A stretch of DNA of 64,000 bases from Longimicrobiales bacterium. GTDB lineage: Bacteria; Gemmatimonadota; Gemmatimonadetes; Longimicrobiales; Gaopeijiaceae. Where the stretch lies: the NCBI GenBank assembly GCA_965219445.1, contig CBDCNQ010000004.1:448001-512000 (forward strand), written 5' to 3'. This document shows positions 19,680-30,037 of the stretch, one piece after another. The first letter of the stretch is position 1. Every line of letters begins with the position of its first letter. The position numbers and the translations under genes were made by a program. The notes beneath the pieces are model-generated. The model saw nothing but the letters and a program-made list of their open reading frames with translations. It did no database searches and was not told where the DNA came from.

Positions 19680-21650
19680 CTATCTTAGCCCGCCCCGCCG
19701 GCGACCGATCCACTCGGCGGAAAGAAGCACGAGGATGAGAAGATACGGACCGGGGTGGGTCCGGATCGGCGGGCCGAGCGCTCCCCTCGTCTGGCGCCCC
19801 TCGTCCTCATCTGACTCCCCCATGGAGATGTCCACGGGCCGGTGTAGAAGCTCGAGGCTGTGGCCCTCGCTTTCGATCCGGCCGCTCCCGATCGCGTTCT
19901 CCTCTCCGGGGCGTGTGATCCGGTACGAGTATTCGGCGACGGGAAGCGGCCTGGTCCGCGCCATCCCGGCGCCATCCACTACCACTGTGGTATCAAGCAC
20001 CACAGAGTCGCCCATGGCGAGGGTGAGTCCGACATCTTCCCCAATCGAGCCGGGTGCTTGCCACTCCATTGGCTCACGGGAGCTCCATACGCGCTTCGCC
20101 GGCCGCGCACCCGTCGTCCCGTCCTGTGGCGCAGAGGCGAGCAGCCATCCCGCGACACCAGCCCACAGCCGACGGTACGCCTCTCGATCCGGACCTTCAC
20201 GAAATGCCCATCGCCAAAAACCCGATGCCAAAACCACCACGCGACGACGGCCTAGATTCGTGTTCAGCACGAGCCCAGCCTCCGCCGGCCCAAACCCCTG
20301 CCGCTGTAGCGGAAGTGGGGCCGGCACGGCCCCCGATGACTGCGTGGGAAGGATATCGGTCAGTGGCGGGAGCCCCGTCAGATCTGCACCGGAAAGGCTG
20401 GCCGCGAGGGCAGAGGGAGGCAGATCCGGCGTCGCATACCACTCTCCATCCAAATGTGGGCGGGCCTCCACGCCCGAAGCGAGGGCTCCTGCCGGGTCGG
20501 ACGGAAAGACGATCGATCGCGGGGCCTCCCCGAGCGTCGTGCCTACCCAATCCGGAGCTCCCGAACCGAGGCCGTGAAGCACCACGAAGTCCGCCCCGGA
20601 AAGGGCCTCTTGCACCTCGGCTTCATCGACCGGGGGTCCGACCTGGGCGCCCGAGCCCAGGCGAAGAAATCGGCCTCCGCTCATGCCGAGGAACCCGCTG
20701 GCATCGAGCCCAGTGACCTGAGAGAGTACCGGAAGCAGAAAGCGTGGCTCCCAGTCGGGCTGAAGGGAAAGAAGTACTAGACCGCCCTCCTCGGGGTCGA
20801 CCTCCATGTAGGCGGACTTGGCGTCGTCGGCTTCGAATCGGTCGCCCGGCAAGCTCACCAGCAAGCGATAACGAAGCCAGCCTATGTCGCCAGGAGCGGG
20901 TAGGCGGATCGTGGCTGTGGCTAGAAGGCCGGGCTCAGCGGGCAGGACCCCCGCCGAGGCAACGAGACGATCCTCCTCCCACACCTCGACGCGGATCGTA
21001 TCTCCCGGGTCGGTCCCCTCGGAGAACAGGGCGATCCCAACGGAGAGAGGCTCCCCCGATTCCGCCCGGGAGGGAAGTTCGAAGCGGGCGACGCCCGCGT
21101 TACGGACAAGCTCCCCCCTTCGCTCGATCTCAACGCCGAAGGGGGATCGACCACTGCTGAGCTCGGCTTCCACCGGATCGTCCAGTCTGAGATCCGAGAG
21201 AACCGTGACGTTCGTGGCTCCGGCCTCTGCCGCCCGAGCGAAGGCAGGTGCCAGTCTCGAGGTAGACGCCACGGGAAGCAACGCAACTAGAGAGTCGAGG
21301 GGGACGACTCGAGGAGTTTCACCGAAGAGCAGGACCTGGGCGCCCGCTCCCGCAAGTTCACCAGCCCGCTCCAACGTCGACTCCCAGCTGGCGCCGTCTT
21401 CCGATCCGGCGGCCGACATGCTAGCGGATGCGTCCAGCAGGACCCATCTGCCCTCGGCCGTACCGCCCTGAGGGCCACCGGGCAACCGGGGATCCCAGAG
21501 CAAGAGAAGCACCAGCGCGAGAACCAACGCACGGAGCGTGCCGAGGAGCTTCTGGCCGGGGATCGGGAGTTCGCGGCGAGCATAAATCCACGCAGCGAAT
21601 CCCCCCGCACCGGCCAACAGAATTCCAAAGGCCAGCCAAGAAAGGGTCAC
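19680..21650 (-). CDS. Membrane-anchored vWA-like domain protein
   Basis: Two N-terminal TM helices, MIDAS-like LLDASASM and VLSD, Ig-like middle, 'FWRW' motif, C-terminal TM ending EWIGRRRGGLR. Confidence 0.7.
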   Translation of the reverse strand: MTLSWLAFGILLAGAGGFAAWIYARRELPIPGQKLLGTLRALVLALVLLLLWDPRLPGGPQGGTAEGRWVLLDASASMSAAGSEDGASWESTLERAGELAGAGAQVLLFGETPRVVPLDSLVALLPVASTSRLAPAFARAAEAGATNVTVLSDLRLDDPVEAELSSGRSPFGVEIERRGELVRNAGVARFELPSRAESGEPLSVGIALFSEGTDPGDTIRVEVWEEDRLVASAGVLPAEPGLLATATIRLPAPGDIGWLRYRLLVSLPGDRFEADDAKSAYMEVDPEEGGLVLLSLQPDWEPRFLLPVLSQVTGLDASGFLGMSGGRFLRLGSGAQVGPPVDEAEVQEALSGADFVVLHGLGSGAPDWVGTTLGEAPRSIVFPSDPAGALASGVEARPHLDGEWYATPDLPPSALAASLSGADLTGLPPLTDILPTQSSGAVPAPLPLQRQGFGPAEAGLVLNTNLGRRRVVVLASGFWRWAFREGPDREAYRRLWAGVAGWLLASAPQDGTTGARPAKRVWSSREPMEWQAPGSIGEDVGLTLAMGDSVVLDTTVVVDGAGMARTRPLPVAEYSYRITRPGEENAIGSGRIESEGHSLELLHRPVDISMGESDEDEGRQTRGALGPPIRTHPGPYLLILVLLSAEWIGRRRGGLR

Positions 21651-22966
21651 CGCACTCCTGCGTCCGGCGCACCACCTTCGCCGAGAACGTTCATCGCCAG
21701 CTCAACGTCCCAGGGGAGGGGAAGCCGATCGAGAAGGGCCAGACGCACGCCGCTCTGAGCCTCCCACATTTCCCACTGCTCTGTTGGAACGGGGTCGCCC
21801 GCCGGCAGATCGATGGAGAGTGGATCTGCAGGCGTTCCGCGAACACTCATCTCATAGTGGAGGTGGGGACCGGTGGCCAGGCCGGTCATTCCCACGTACC
21901 CGATGATGTCACCCTGGTCGACCTGGCTGCCCACCCTCACCCCACTGGCAAAGCGATTCATGTGGGCATACCGCGTAGTCCATCCGTTGGAATGCCGAAC
22001 TACGATGGTGTTGCCGTAGGTGTTCTCCGTGGCACGCTCGATCACGACACCGTTTCCGGTCGCCTGCACGGGTGTTCCGGCGGCCGCCGCGAAGTCCACA
22101 CCCCGATGTGCCCGCCATATTCGCAACACGGGATGAAACCGGCTGTTCGTGAAGCGGCTGGAGATCCGGTAACGGAGCGCAATCGGGCTGAGAAGGAACG
22201 CGAGTCTCACGGAGTTCCCCTCCTCGTCGTAGTAGGTGCCGGCCCCGTCTCCGTTGGGGTCGAACCAGACGGCCGCATGGGGGCGTCCTTGGTTCACCAA
22301 CTCCGCCGAGAGGACGTGCCCGACGCGCATGGTCCCGTCGGGGCGAACCGCCCGTTCGTATGAGAACCGGTAGAAGTCGCCCGGCCGGATCTGCCGGACA
22401 AAGTCCACCTGCCACTGGAAGATATCGCTGAGATCCAGGAAGAGCCTGGCCTGGTCCCGAGGATCCACTTCTGCCAGGCCCTCGCTCCCGATGATGGCAT
22501 CCCAAAGAGACGACTCGGGCTCGATCTCGCCCGACGCCCACACTGTATCGGTAACCACCGGCGTGGTCATCACGTGTGAGTCCCAGCCTCCAGGGGATGG
22601 CGTCATCCGGACGGTCAGGTCCGCGTCGAGCGTGATATCGACCGACCTCAACTCGGGAGTCGCGGCGGTGAGCCAGCGGAAGGCCACTTCGGTACCAGGC
22701 CGTAGACGGCGAGGATTGGCCTGCTCCCTCAGCGCGAGGACGAAGCTGTATTGGTCGTTTGCGTCCAGCACGCCTGCCAGGAGATCGCCAAGTGTCTCAT
22801 CCCGGTCCAGTGCGCGAAGCTCGACCCGCTCAGGTGCCGCCGCGAATACCGGCGCCACGAGGCCCACCGTGGGCACCTCTTTCCCCGCGAACAGGATGAA
22901 CGCCAGGCTGGAGCCCATCACCCCGAGGACACCGATGAATCCCAATATCTTGGAACCCGAGTTCAC
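21647..22966 (-). CDS. M23-family peptidoglycan endopeptidase (MepM-like)
   Basis: HRGVDFAA (HxxxD), YAHM, TGLATGPHLHYE (HxH); N-terminal TM. GTG 22966 follows GAAGGAGG; the ORF track starts at 23020. Confidence 0.92.
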   Translation of the reverse strand: MNSGSKILGFIGVLGVMGSSLAFILFAGKEVPTVGLVAPVFAAAPERVELRALDRDETLGDLLAGVLDANDQYSFVLALREQANPRRLRPGTEVAFRWLTAATPELRSVDITLDADLTVRMTPSPGGWDSHVMTTPVVTDTVWASGEIEPESSLWDAIIGSEGLAEVDPRDQARLFLDLSDIFQWQVDFVRQIRPGDFYRFSYERAVRPDGTMRVGHVLSAELVNQGRPHAAVWFDPNGDGAGTYYDEEGNSVRLAFLLSPIALRYRISSRFTNSRFHPVLRIWRAHRGVDFAAAAGTPVQATGNGVVIERATENTYGNTIVVRHSNGWTTRYAHMNRFASGVRVGSQVDQGDIIGYVGMTGLATGPHLHYEMSVRGTPADPLSIDLPAGDPVPTEQWEMWEAQSGVRLALLDRLPLPWDVELAMNVLGEGGAPDAGVR

Positions 22967-23065
22967 CCCGCCTCCTTCAACAATCGTTACTGCCGGGAGC
23001 CCGCGTCCATACGGACCCACGTCGTTGCCGCGCTCGTTCCGTTTCCGCCGTCAACCGGCGGCGCG

Positions 23066-24223
23066 TCAGTCCATCTGCCGCCGAATGAACGTAGGAACGT
23101 CCAGCTCGCCGATCTGCTCCCGCGTCACAACCCGCTCTGGCGGTCGAGGCAGAGGGACCACGTTGGCCGATTCTCCACCGACGGCCGCCGCCTGAGGGCG
23201 CGGCTGCGCCTGACGCCGAGGCAATGGGGCCGGCGTTTCCCTTCCGAAGTCCGGCCGAATCACATCGTCGAAGCCGGTGGCGATCACCGTGACCCGAATC
23301 TGTCCTTCCAGCTCCGGATCATGGACCGCGCCAAAAATGATCTCCGCCTCATTTCCGGCCTCCTCTTGAATAATAGTTGATATCTGGTGCACTTCGTCAA
23401 TGGCGAGGTCCATTCCCCCGGTGATGTTGATCAACACACCCTGCGCACCATGGATCGATACGTCGTCGAGCAACGGCGAAGAAACAGCCTCTTGAGCCGC
23501 CTCCTGCGCCCGGTTGTCTCCCTCCCCGAACCCGGAACCCATGAGGGCCGGCCCGCGGCAGGCCATGATGGTTCGAACGTCCGCGAAGTCCACGTTCACC
23601 TCGCCCGACACCCGGATCAGATCGCTGATGCCTTGTGTCGCATGTAGGAGCACTTCGTCGGCCTTTTTCAAGGCGTTCCGGAAGGAAGTCCCCCGCGGCA
23701 CCACAGACAGGAGGCGGTCGTTCGGTACCACGATCATCGTGTCGACCGTCCTGCGAAGCTCCGTGAGTCCCTGCTCGGCCTGTCGCTCCCGTTTCTTCCC
23801 CTCGAAGGAGAACGGCTTCGTGACGATACCGATGGTTAGGGCGCCCATCTCTCGGGCGATTTCGCCAATGATTGGGGCGGCCCCGGTACCGGTTCCGCCG
23901 CCCATACCGGCCGTGATGAAGACCAGGTCGGCGCCCTCCAACACCCTGCGGACCTCGTCCTGACTCTCCGCAACGGCCTGCCGGCCAACCTCGGGCCGGG
24001 CGCCCGCGCCCAGCCCGCGTGTCAATTTCTTGCCGACCTGGAGCGTGACCTGCGCGCGCGAGCCCTTCAGCGCCTGGGCATCCGTATTCGCCGTGATGAA
24101 CTCGACGCCTTCTAAATCCTCGTCGACCATTCGGTTGACGGCGTTCCCACCGGCTCCGCCAACTCCGACCACCTTCATCCGGGCCGTCAGGATCGGAGTG
24201 TCCTCGAATTCGAAAATCATCAT
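23066..24223 (-). CDS. ftsZ: Cell division protein FtsZ
   Basis: VGVGGAGGNAVNRM, GMGGGTGTG tubulin signature, NVDFADV, C-terminal LDVPTFIRRQ. Start at ATG 24223 after GGGAG. Confidence 0.98.
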   Translation of the reverse strand: MMIFEFEDTPILTARMKVVGVGGAGGNAVNRMVDEDLEGVEFITANTDAQALKGSRAQVTLQVGKKLTRGLGAGARPEVGRQAVAESQDEVRRVLEGADLVFITAGMGGGTGTGAAPIIGEIAREMGALTIGIVTKPFSFEGKKRERQAEQGLTELRRTVDTMIVVPNDRLLSVVPRGTSFRNALKKADEVLLHATQGISDLIRVSGEVNVDFADVRTIMACRGPALMGSGFGEGDNRAQEAAQEAVSSPLLDDVSIHGAQGVLINITGGMDLAIDEVHQISTIIQEEAGNEAEIIFGAVHDPELEGQIRVTVIATGFDDVIRPDFGRETPAPLPRRQAQPRPQAAAVGGESANVVPLPRPPERVVTREQIGELDVPTFIRRQMD

Positions 24224-24308
24224 TAGTTGGCTCCCATGGATGGGTGGTTCGGTTTGATTCACGGTCGATGTCCCGAGTCGGTCGTTCGTCGGAGCACTTG
24301 GAAGGCTT

Positions 24309-25538
24309 CTAAAAAAATTCCTTCAGCCAGGACCCGACCTTGGACACCAGGCCGGATGTGAGCGTCGAGACGCCATCCCCAGTTTCTTCGTACCGGTCGG
24401 CGCCATACAGCACGAGTCCCGCAGCCGTCGCGAACTTTGGCCTTCCAACGGAGTCGGACAGACCCGACAGGCCCTCGCCCGGAAAGCCGCTGCGCACCGG
24501 GGCGGCGAACACCTGCTGGGCCAACTCCACGGTCCCGAACAGCGTTGACGCCCCTCCGGTGAGCACGATGCCCGCACCGAGCTTGTTCAGCACGCCCTCG
24601 CGCTCCAACTCGGCGTGGACGAGTCCGAACATCTCGTCGAGACGCTGCTCCACCACATGGGCGATTAGCTCCCGAGCGACATGGCGCGTCTGGCCCGGAC
24701 TCGGTCCGGGCAGCTCGACCGCCTCCTGTGGATCCACGAGTTGGGTAAAAGCCACACCGAAGTGCTCCTTCGCCCGCTTCGCCTCGGCAAAAGGGACCGA
24801 CAAGCCCCTCACGAGATCGTTTGTGACCGTGGCCCCTCCAAAGGGGAGGACCGCTATATGTCGGAGGTCGCCGTCGCAATAGACGGCTAGGTTGGTCGTG
24901 CAGGCGCCGAGCTCGATCATCGCGACGCCCACTTCCTTCTCGTCCTGTGTAAGGACCGACCGGGCCGCCGCAAGGGATTCGAGGACCAATTCCTGAACTC
25001 GGTAACCCGCCCTCTGGACCGCCTTCCGGACGTTCTCGGCGGCGGCAGAGGAGCACGTCACTAGATAGAGCTCGGCCTCGAGCCTCGTACCCACCATCCC
25101 TAGCGGATCCTTGATCCCGGCATGGTGATCCACGATGTAGTCCTGGGGGATCGCGTGCACGAGTTCACGATCGGGCGGGTGGGCGACGGCACGGGCCACC
25201 TCGTGAACGCGTCGGAGATCGAACGAGGAAATATCGTCGTCCATAACAGCCACGACGCCCGGAGAGGTGGCTGCTCGCATATGCTCGCCGCTGATTCCCA
25301 CATATACGCGATCCACTTTCGCGCCGGCCATGAGCTCGGCCTCTTGCATGGCCGCCTTCACGGATTCGGTGGCTTCGTCGATATGCGTGACGATGTGTCG
25401 CATGCCCGTACTCCGGGCCTGCCCCACCCCAAGGATCTTGAGATCCCTTCGGAGGAACGGATCCTCGTGGATCTCAGCGATGACCACGCAGGTTTTGGTC
25501 GTGCCGAGATCGACACCAGCGACCAAAATCGAGTGCAT
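24309..25538 (-). CDS. ftsA: Cell division protein FtsA
   Basis: GVDLGTTK, DPLGMVGTRLE, VLTQDEKEVGV, GIVLTGG, C-terminal amphipathic WLKEFF. Confidence 0.96.
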   Translation of the reverse strand: MHSILVAGVDLGTTKTCVVIAEIHEDPFLRRDLKILGVGQARSTGMRHIVTHIDEATESVKAAMQEAELMAGAKVDRVYVGISGEHMRAATSPGVVAVMDDDISSFDLRRVHEVARAVAHPPDRELVHAIPQDYIVDHHAGIKDPLGMVGTRLEAELYLVTCSSAAAENVRKAVQRAGYRVQELVLESLAAARSVLTQDEKEVGVAMIELGACTTNLAVYCDGDLRHIAVLPFGGATVTNDLVRGLSVPFAEAKRAKEHFGVAFTQLVDPQEAVELPGPSPGQTRHVARELIAHVVEQRLDEMFGLVHAELEREGVLNKLGAGIVLTGGASTLFGTVELAQQVFAAPVRSGFPGEGLSGLSDSVGRPKFATAAGLVLYGADRYEETGDGVSTLTSGLVSKVGSWLKEFF

Positions 25539-26294
25539 CTACCGATCCCTCATTTGACCCACCGCCTTGGTTCGCTGGTCGGTATACTCGACGACCACCT
25601 GGTCTTCGAACCGAAGATCAAGGACGGCGGCGGTCCTATCAGGTTGGCGTAAAACCGCATCCTCCAGCGCGGCGAGACCGTCCCGCAGCCGCAGATGCGA
25701 GAGGGGTGGACGAAATCGAAGGAGAAGGTTTCCGCTCACCACGGCCGTCGCGTCGCCACGATCGTCGATGGCCATCTCCGAGACGGCGGCCAGGAACGTG
25801 GGGTCATCCGCCGCGAGGCGGTCCACTTCCATCGCCAGAACTCGCAACTGGGAAGACGACAGGGCAGCACGCCCTCCGGCCCCGATCAGGAGTGGGAGAT
25901 CCAGTTGGTGCTCGACGGGGTCCAACGGGAGAACTTGGCCATCCCGATCCACCGGCTCGAGCACCGGACCCGCCACGAATCCGACCGGAATGCGCTCTTC
26001 GATCGTGACCACCAGGGTTCCGGGGAGCTCAGCGGTTACGTTTGCTCGCCGAATCATCGGGTGGTTCTCGAGACGCAATTCTATCGACGTCAAATCGTCG
26101 AATACGCTGACGAACGGTGAAATGGCCGCTACGTCCAAGACCTGCTTCTCCTCGAGAAGACGGACTCCGTCCACCCTGTATTCGCGGGCTCGGAAGAACT
26201 GGAGCTCGGCGAGAGCGTCCGGAAGCCAATCGGCTGCCAGCGCAACGCCTCCTGCAAACATTCCCCACAGGGGGATGCGGAGCAGCTTACGCAT
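25539..26294 (-). CDS. ftsQ: Cell division protein FtsQ/DivIB
   Basis: TM plus POTRA domain (HPMIRRANV..LPGTLVVTIEER), C-terminal LDLRFEDQVVV; position before ftsA. Confidence 0.9.
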   Translation of the reverse strand: MRKLLRIPLWGMFAGGVALAADWLPDALAELQFFRAREYRVDGVRLLEEKQVLDVAAISPFVSVFDDLTSIELRLENHPMIRRANVTAELPGTLVVTIEERIPVGFVAGPVLEPVDRDGQVLPLDPVEHQLDLPLLIGAGGRAALSSSQLRVLAMEVDRLAADDPTFLAAVSEMAIDDRGDATAVVSGNLLLRFRPPLSHLRLRDGLAALEDAVLRQPDRTAAVLDLRFEDQVVVEYTDQRTKAVGQMRDR

Positions 26295-28860
26295 GAGAGG
26301 TCTCCTTGAGGCGTGCCATGACCTGATGTGCCACGTGGTCTACAGACCCTGCGCCCATGGTCAGGAGGAGGTCACCCGAGGTGAGTTCCGTCACGACGGT
26401 GTCCGCCATCGTGTCCACGTCGGCGTGATAGTGCACGTCGCCACCCGCTCGCCCGGCTGCGCGTGCAACCATTTCGCCCGTCACGCCCTCGATCGGAGCC
26501 TCACGAGCCGGGAACACGTCGGTGACCCAGATCGTGTCGGCTTCGGCAAGCGCCTGCCCGAACTCCTCGGCAAAATCCCGTGTGCGCGTGAACAAGTGCG
26601 GTTGAAACACGGCCACGATCCGGCGGTCCGGATGGGCGCCCCGCGCGGCCGCGAGTGTAGCCTGTATCTCGGAGGGGTGATGCGCGTAATCGTCCACGAC
26701 CAGGACCCCCCGTTCCAGCCCGACCGTGTCGAATCTCCTCTCGACGCCCCGATACGCCATGAGGCCCTGTCGGACAGAATCCCAGTCCACCCTGAAGCAG
26801 CGAGCGGCAGTCGCGGCACCCAACGCATTTCGCAGATTGTGAACGCCAGGGGCAGGAAGTCGGAAGGTCCCGCGGTCGAAGCCGTCTTCGATCACGCGGA
26901 AGTCCATGCCAACTGCGCTCGCCTCGACGTCCACCGCGCGTACGTCCACGTCCGACTCCAATCCATAGGTACGCACCCGAGATGCCAGGTCCGGGACGAG
27001 CCTGCTCGCCTCGGGATCGTCCGTGCAGATTACGGCCCATCCGTCCGGCAAGAGCTCATCAAGGAACGCCTTGAAGGCGTCCACGACACCTTCGAGCGCG
27101 CCGTAGGTATCGAGGTGATCCGCTTCGACATTGGTCACCACCGCCACCTCGGGCCTCAGCTCCAGGAACGATCGGTCGTATTCGTCCGCCTCGACGACAA
27201 AGAGATCGCCTCCGCTACGCAGGTTTCCGCCCCAAGCGGGCACACGGCCGCCCACGAAGCCGGTTGGATCCATCCCTGCCGCGGTGAGAATCTCCGTCGT
27301 CATTGCCGTGGTGGACGTCTTGCCGTGTGTGCCCGCGACCGCAAGCACCCGTCCCTGATTGACCCACTGGCCGAGGGCCTCCGCTCGTTTGAAGACCGGA
27401 ATCCCCCGTTCGAGCGCCTCCTGAACTTCCGGGTGGTCCCTCGGGACCGCCGCGCTCACTACGAGGGCGGCCACCCCTTCAACGTGGTTCGCCCTGTGCC
27501 CCTCGTGTATCTGAACGTCCATGGTCCGAAGCCGGTCGGTGGTCGATCCCGGGCGAAGGTCACAGCCCGAGACGCTTCCTCCGCGCTTCACAAAGAGCTC
27601 GGCCAGCGCACACATCCCGGCGCCCCCCACCCCCATGAAGTGAATCAGCCCCTCGTTCGAGAGCCGGCGCAGATCCCGTTCGCTCACAGGGCTCGAACCC
27701 GGATCGATTGTTCCTATGCCCTCAGACCGGGGACCCGGGAGAAGGCCCACCATCTCGCGGACGATGAGGGACGTAGCGTCCGGCCGGCTGCGTTCCCGTG
27801 CGAGCTCACTCATCGTGGCGAGCCTGTGACGGTCTCTCGTCAAGCTGGCGATCGTCTCCCACAGTGCGCCTGCTGTCAGTCCCTCCTGCTCCAGGTGTAT
27901 GGCAGCCCCCGCCTCCTGTAATGCGCGGCCGTTCAGTTCCTGGTGGTTGGCAGCAGCGGTGGGGAGCGGTACCAGGATGGCCGGCACTCCCCATGCCAAG
28001 ATTTCGGCCGTCGTCATGGCGCCCGCCCGCGATAGCGCCAGATCCGTAACCCCCAGGACCAGCGGCACGTCCTCGATGTAGGGGACCGCTCGGATCCATG
28101 CCGGATCGCCGAGGGCGGAGAGCTCGGCGACGATCGACGCGTGATGGGCCGGACCTGTCATCCAGAGGAGCTGCCACCCATCCAGAGGGTTTCCCGGGGC
28201 TGCGGACCGGACGGCTTCGAGCATCAACTCGTTCAGGGCCAGGGATCCCTGGCTTCCGCCGATCAACAGCAGGAGCCTCCGCTGTGGATCGAGACCCAGG
28301 CCGACAAGAGCATCGTGGCGGTCAGGCACAGCGTCCGGAAGGGCCCGGATCGGACACCCTGAGACCTGTGCCACCTTCCGCGCACGGGGGGGCAATTCAT
28401 CCAGAGCTTCCGGGAACGCGAGGTGTACCTGCGTCGCCCAACGCGACAAGAAGCGAGTCGTGACTCCGGGCCACGCGTTCTGCTCCTGGAGCACCAGCGG
28501 TGTCCCCAGTCCCGCCGCCACCAACCCCGCTGGCGCCCCGGCGTACCCACCCGTCACCACGACCAGCTCCGGCCGGAGACGGCGGTGGACCTTGAGCGTG
28601 CTCGTAAGCGAGGACACGAGAGCGAATGGAACTCCGAGATTCGACCACCATTCCCCACGCTCAACCCCTCGCACCGGAAGGAGCCGATGCTCCAATCCTT
28701 TCTCGGGGAGCACTCGAGCCTCGATCCCTCTACTCGCACCGACGAAGAACGGCCGCACGTCGGGACGTTGCCGTACGAGTTCCTCCGCCAGCGCCAGCGC
28801 TGGGTAGAGGTGGCCCCCGGTGCCGCCTCCGGCGAAGACCACGACTGGACCCTCATGCAC
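26287..28860 (-). CDS. murG-murC: Fused MurG (lipid I GlcNAc transferase) - MurC (UDP-MurNAc--L-alanine ligase), 857 aa
   Basis: N-half: AGGGTGGHLYP, EQN..PG, GGSQGS, RAGAMT, HQELN. C-half: HFMGVGGAGM, VAGTHGKTSTT, EADEYD, DDYAHHPSE, FQPH. No stop between the halves. Confidence 0.9.
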   Translation of the reverse strand: MHEGPVVVFAGGGTGGHLYPALALAEELVRQRPDVRPFFVGASRGIEARVLPEKGLEHRLLPVRGVERGEWWSNLGVPFALVSSLTSTLKVHRRLRPELVVVTGGYAGAPAGLVAAGLGTPLVLQEQNAWPGVTTRFLSRWATQVHLAFPEALDELPPRARKVAQVSGCPIRALPDAVPDRHDALVGLGLDPQRRLLLLIGGSQGSLALNELMLEAVRSAAPGNPLDGWQLLWMTGPAHHASIVAELSALGDPAWIRAVPYIEDVPLVLGVTDLALSRAGAMTTAEILAWGVPAILVPLPTAAANHQELNGRALQEAGAAIHLEQEGLTAGALWETIASLTRDRHRLATMSELARERSRPDATSLIVREMVGLLPGPRSEGIGTIDPGSSPVSERDLRRLSNEGLIHFMGVGGAGMCALAELFVKRGGSVSGCDLRPGSTTDRLRTMDVQIHEGHRANHVEGVAALVVSAAVPRDHPEVQEALERGIPVFKRAEALGQWVNQGRVLAVAGTHGKTSTTAMTTEILTAAGMDPTGFVGGRVPAWGGNLRSGGDLFVVEADEYDRSFLELRPEVAVVTNVEADHLDTYGALEGVVDAFKAFLDELLPDGWAVICTDDPEASRLVPDLASRVRTYGLESDVDVRAVDVEASAVGMDFRVIEDGFDRGTFRLPAPGVHNLRNALGAATAARCFRVDWDSVRQGLMAYRGVERRFDTVGLERGVLVVDDYAHHPSEIQATLAAARGAHPDRRIVAVFQPHLFTRTRDFAEEFGQALAEADTIWVTDVFPAREAPIEGVTGEMVARAAGRAGGDVHYHADVDTMADTVVTELTSGDLLLTMGAGSVDHVAHQVMARLKETSHA

Positions 28861-30037
28861 GGGCCCTCCTTCCCACGGCAAGGGGCCTCATGCTGGCCCG
28901 GGAGATGCTCATGAGAATCCCCAGGGACGCCAGCGTGACCAACAGGTTTGAGCGTCCGTAAGAGATCAGGGGCAGCGCCAAGCCCGTGGCCGGCACCAAG
29001 CCCAATCCCACGGCCATATGAAGGATCGCGTGCATGGCGATCATGCTGGTCAACCCAACGGCCACCAACTGCCCGAAAAGATCGGGAGCACGTGACGCGA
29101 TCCGAAAGCCGATCAGGATCAGGAGCAAATAGAGAAGTACCACCATCGTGACGCCGACCAGCCCCCACTCCTCACCGATCATCGCGAAGATGAAGTCGTT
29201 GTGGGCCTCCGGCAGAAATCCGAACTTCTGCCGCCCCTGTCCAAACCCCACCCCGGCGACCCCACCCGAGCCGAACGCGAGAAGTGACTGGTGCACCTGG
29301 AAGCCGGCGCCGGACGGATCGGCCGAAGGATCCAGATACGAGACCATGCGGCGAGCCCGGAAGGCAACCTCCAACTGCGCGTATAGAGCTGGAAGGGCGA
29401 GGAGACCCAGGAACAGGAAGTGGGTCAGGCGAGCACCCGCCACGTAGACGACCAGGCATCCCATCACTCCCACGAGCAACGCCGTGGACAGATCAGGCTC
29501 GAGCGCGATCGGGACCATGAGAGCGGCCCACACGAGGAGGAACGGCGTGAGGCCTCGCCTCAGGCTCGAGAACTCCTCTTGCTTACGAATCGCAAGCGCC
29601 GCCGTCCAGACAACCACCGCGACCTTGGCCAACTCCGAGGGCTGGAGGGTCGGGCCGACACGCAGCCACCTGCGTGCCCCGTTGATCGAGGGCGCGATGG
29701 ACTCGGTACCCGGAGCGATCACGATCACGAGCAAGAACCACGCAACAACGACCATCGGCCATGCGAGTCGCCGCCAAACGTCATGCGGAATCCATGCACA
29801 GACACCGAGAATCGCCAAACCGGCCGCCACGCCGGTCGCCTGTCGGAGAACGTAGTAGTAATCTGGCAAGGCCTGTCGTTGAGCGAGAAACGCACTGGCG
29901 GAATAGAGCGTGACCAGTCCGAAAGAGAGGAGCAGGAGGGTGAGTACCATGATCGCGGCACCCTCCCACCCTCTCCCGATGCCCGTGATGGGCAGGGCCA
30001 GCGGTCCGGACGGAGCAAGGTTGACGGCTCGGGCCAT
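28853..30037 (-). CDS. ftsW: Peptidoglycan glycosyltransferase FtsW (SEDS)
   Basis: NGARRW, QPSELAK, EPDLST, LPEAHNDFIFA, GEEWG, LPLISYG. Confidence 0.96.
   Translation of the reverse strand: MARAVNLAPSGPLALPITGIGRGWEGAAIMVLTLLLLSFGLVTLYSASAFLAQRQALPDYYYVLRQATGVAAGLAILGVCAWIPHDVWRRLAWPMVVVAWFLLVIVIAPGTESIAPSINGARRWLRVGPTLQPSELAKVAVVVWTAALAIRKQEEFSSLRRGLTPFLLVWAALMVPIALEPDLSTALLVGVMGCLVVYVAGARLTHFLFLGLLALPALYAQLEVAFRARRMVSYLDPSADPSGAGFQVHQSLLAFGSGGVAGVGFGQGRQKFGFLPEAHNDFIFAMIGEEWGLVGVTMVVLLYLLLILIGFRIASRAPDLFGQLVAVGLTSMIAMHAILHMAVGLGLVPATGLALPLISYGRSNLLVTLASLGILMSISRASMRPLAVGRRARA

Noticed and set aside
25567..27921. 784-aa + strand ORF
   Set aside because: Antisense shadow of murC/ftsQ in high-GC DNA; no motifs.
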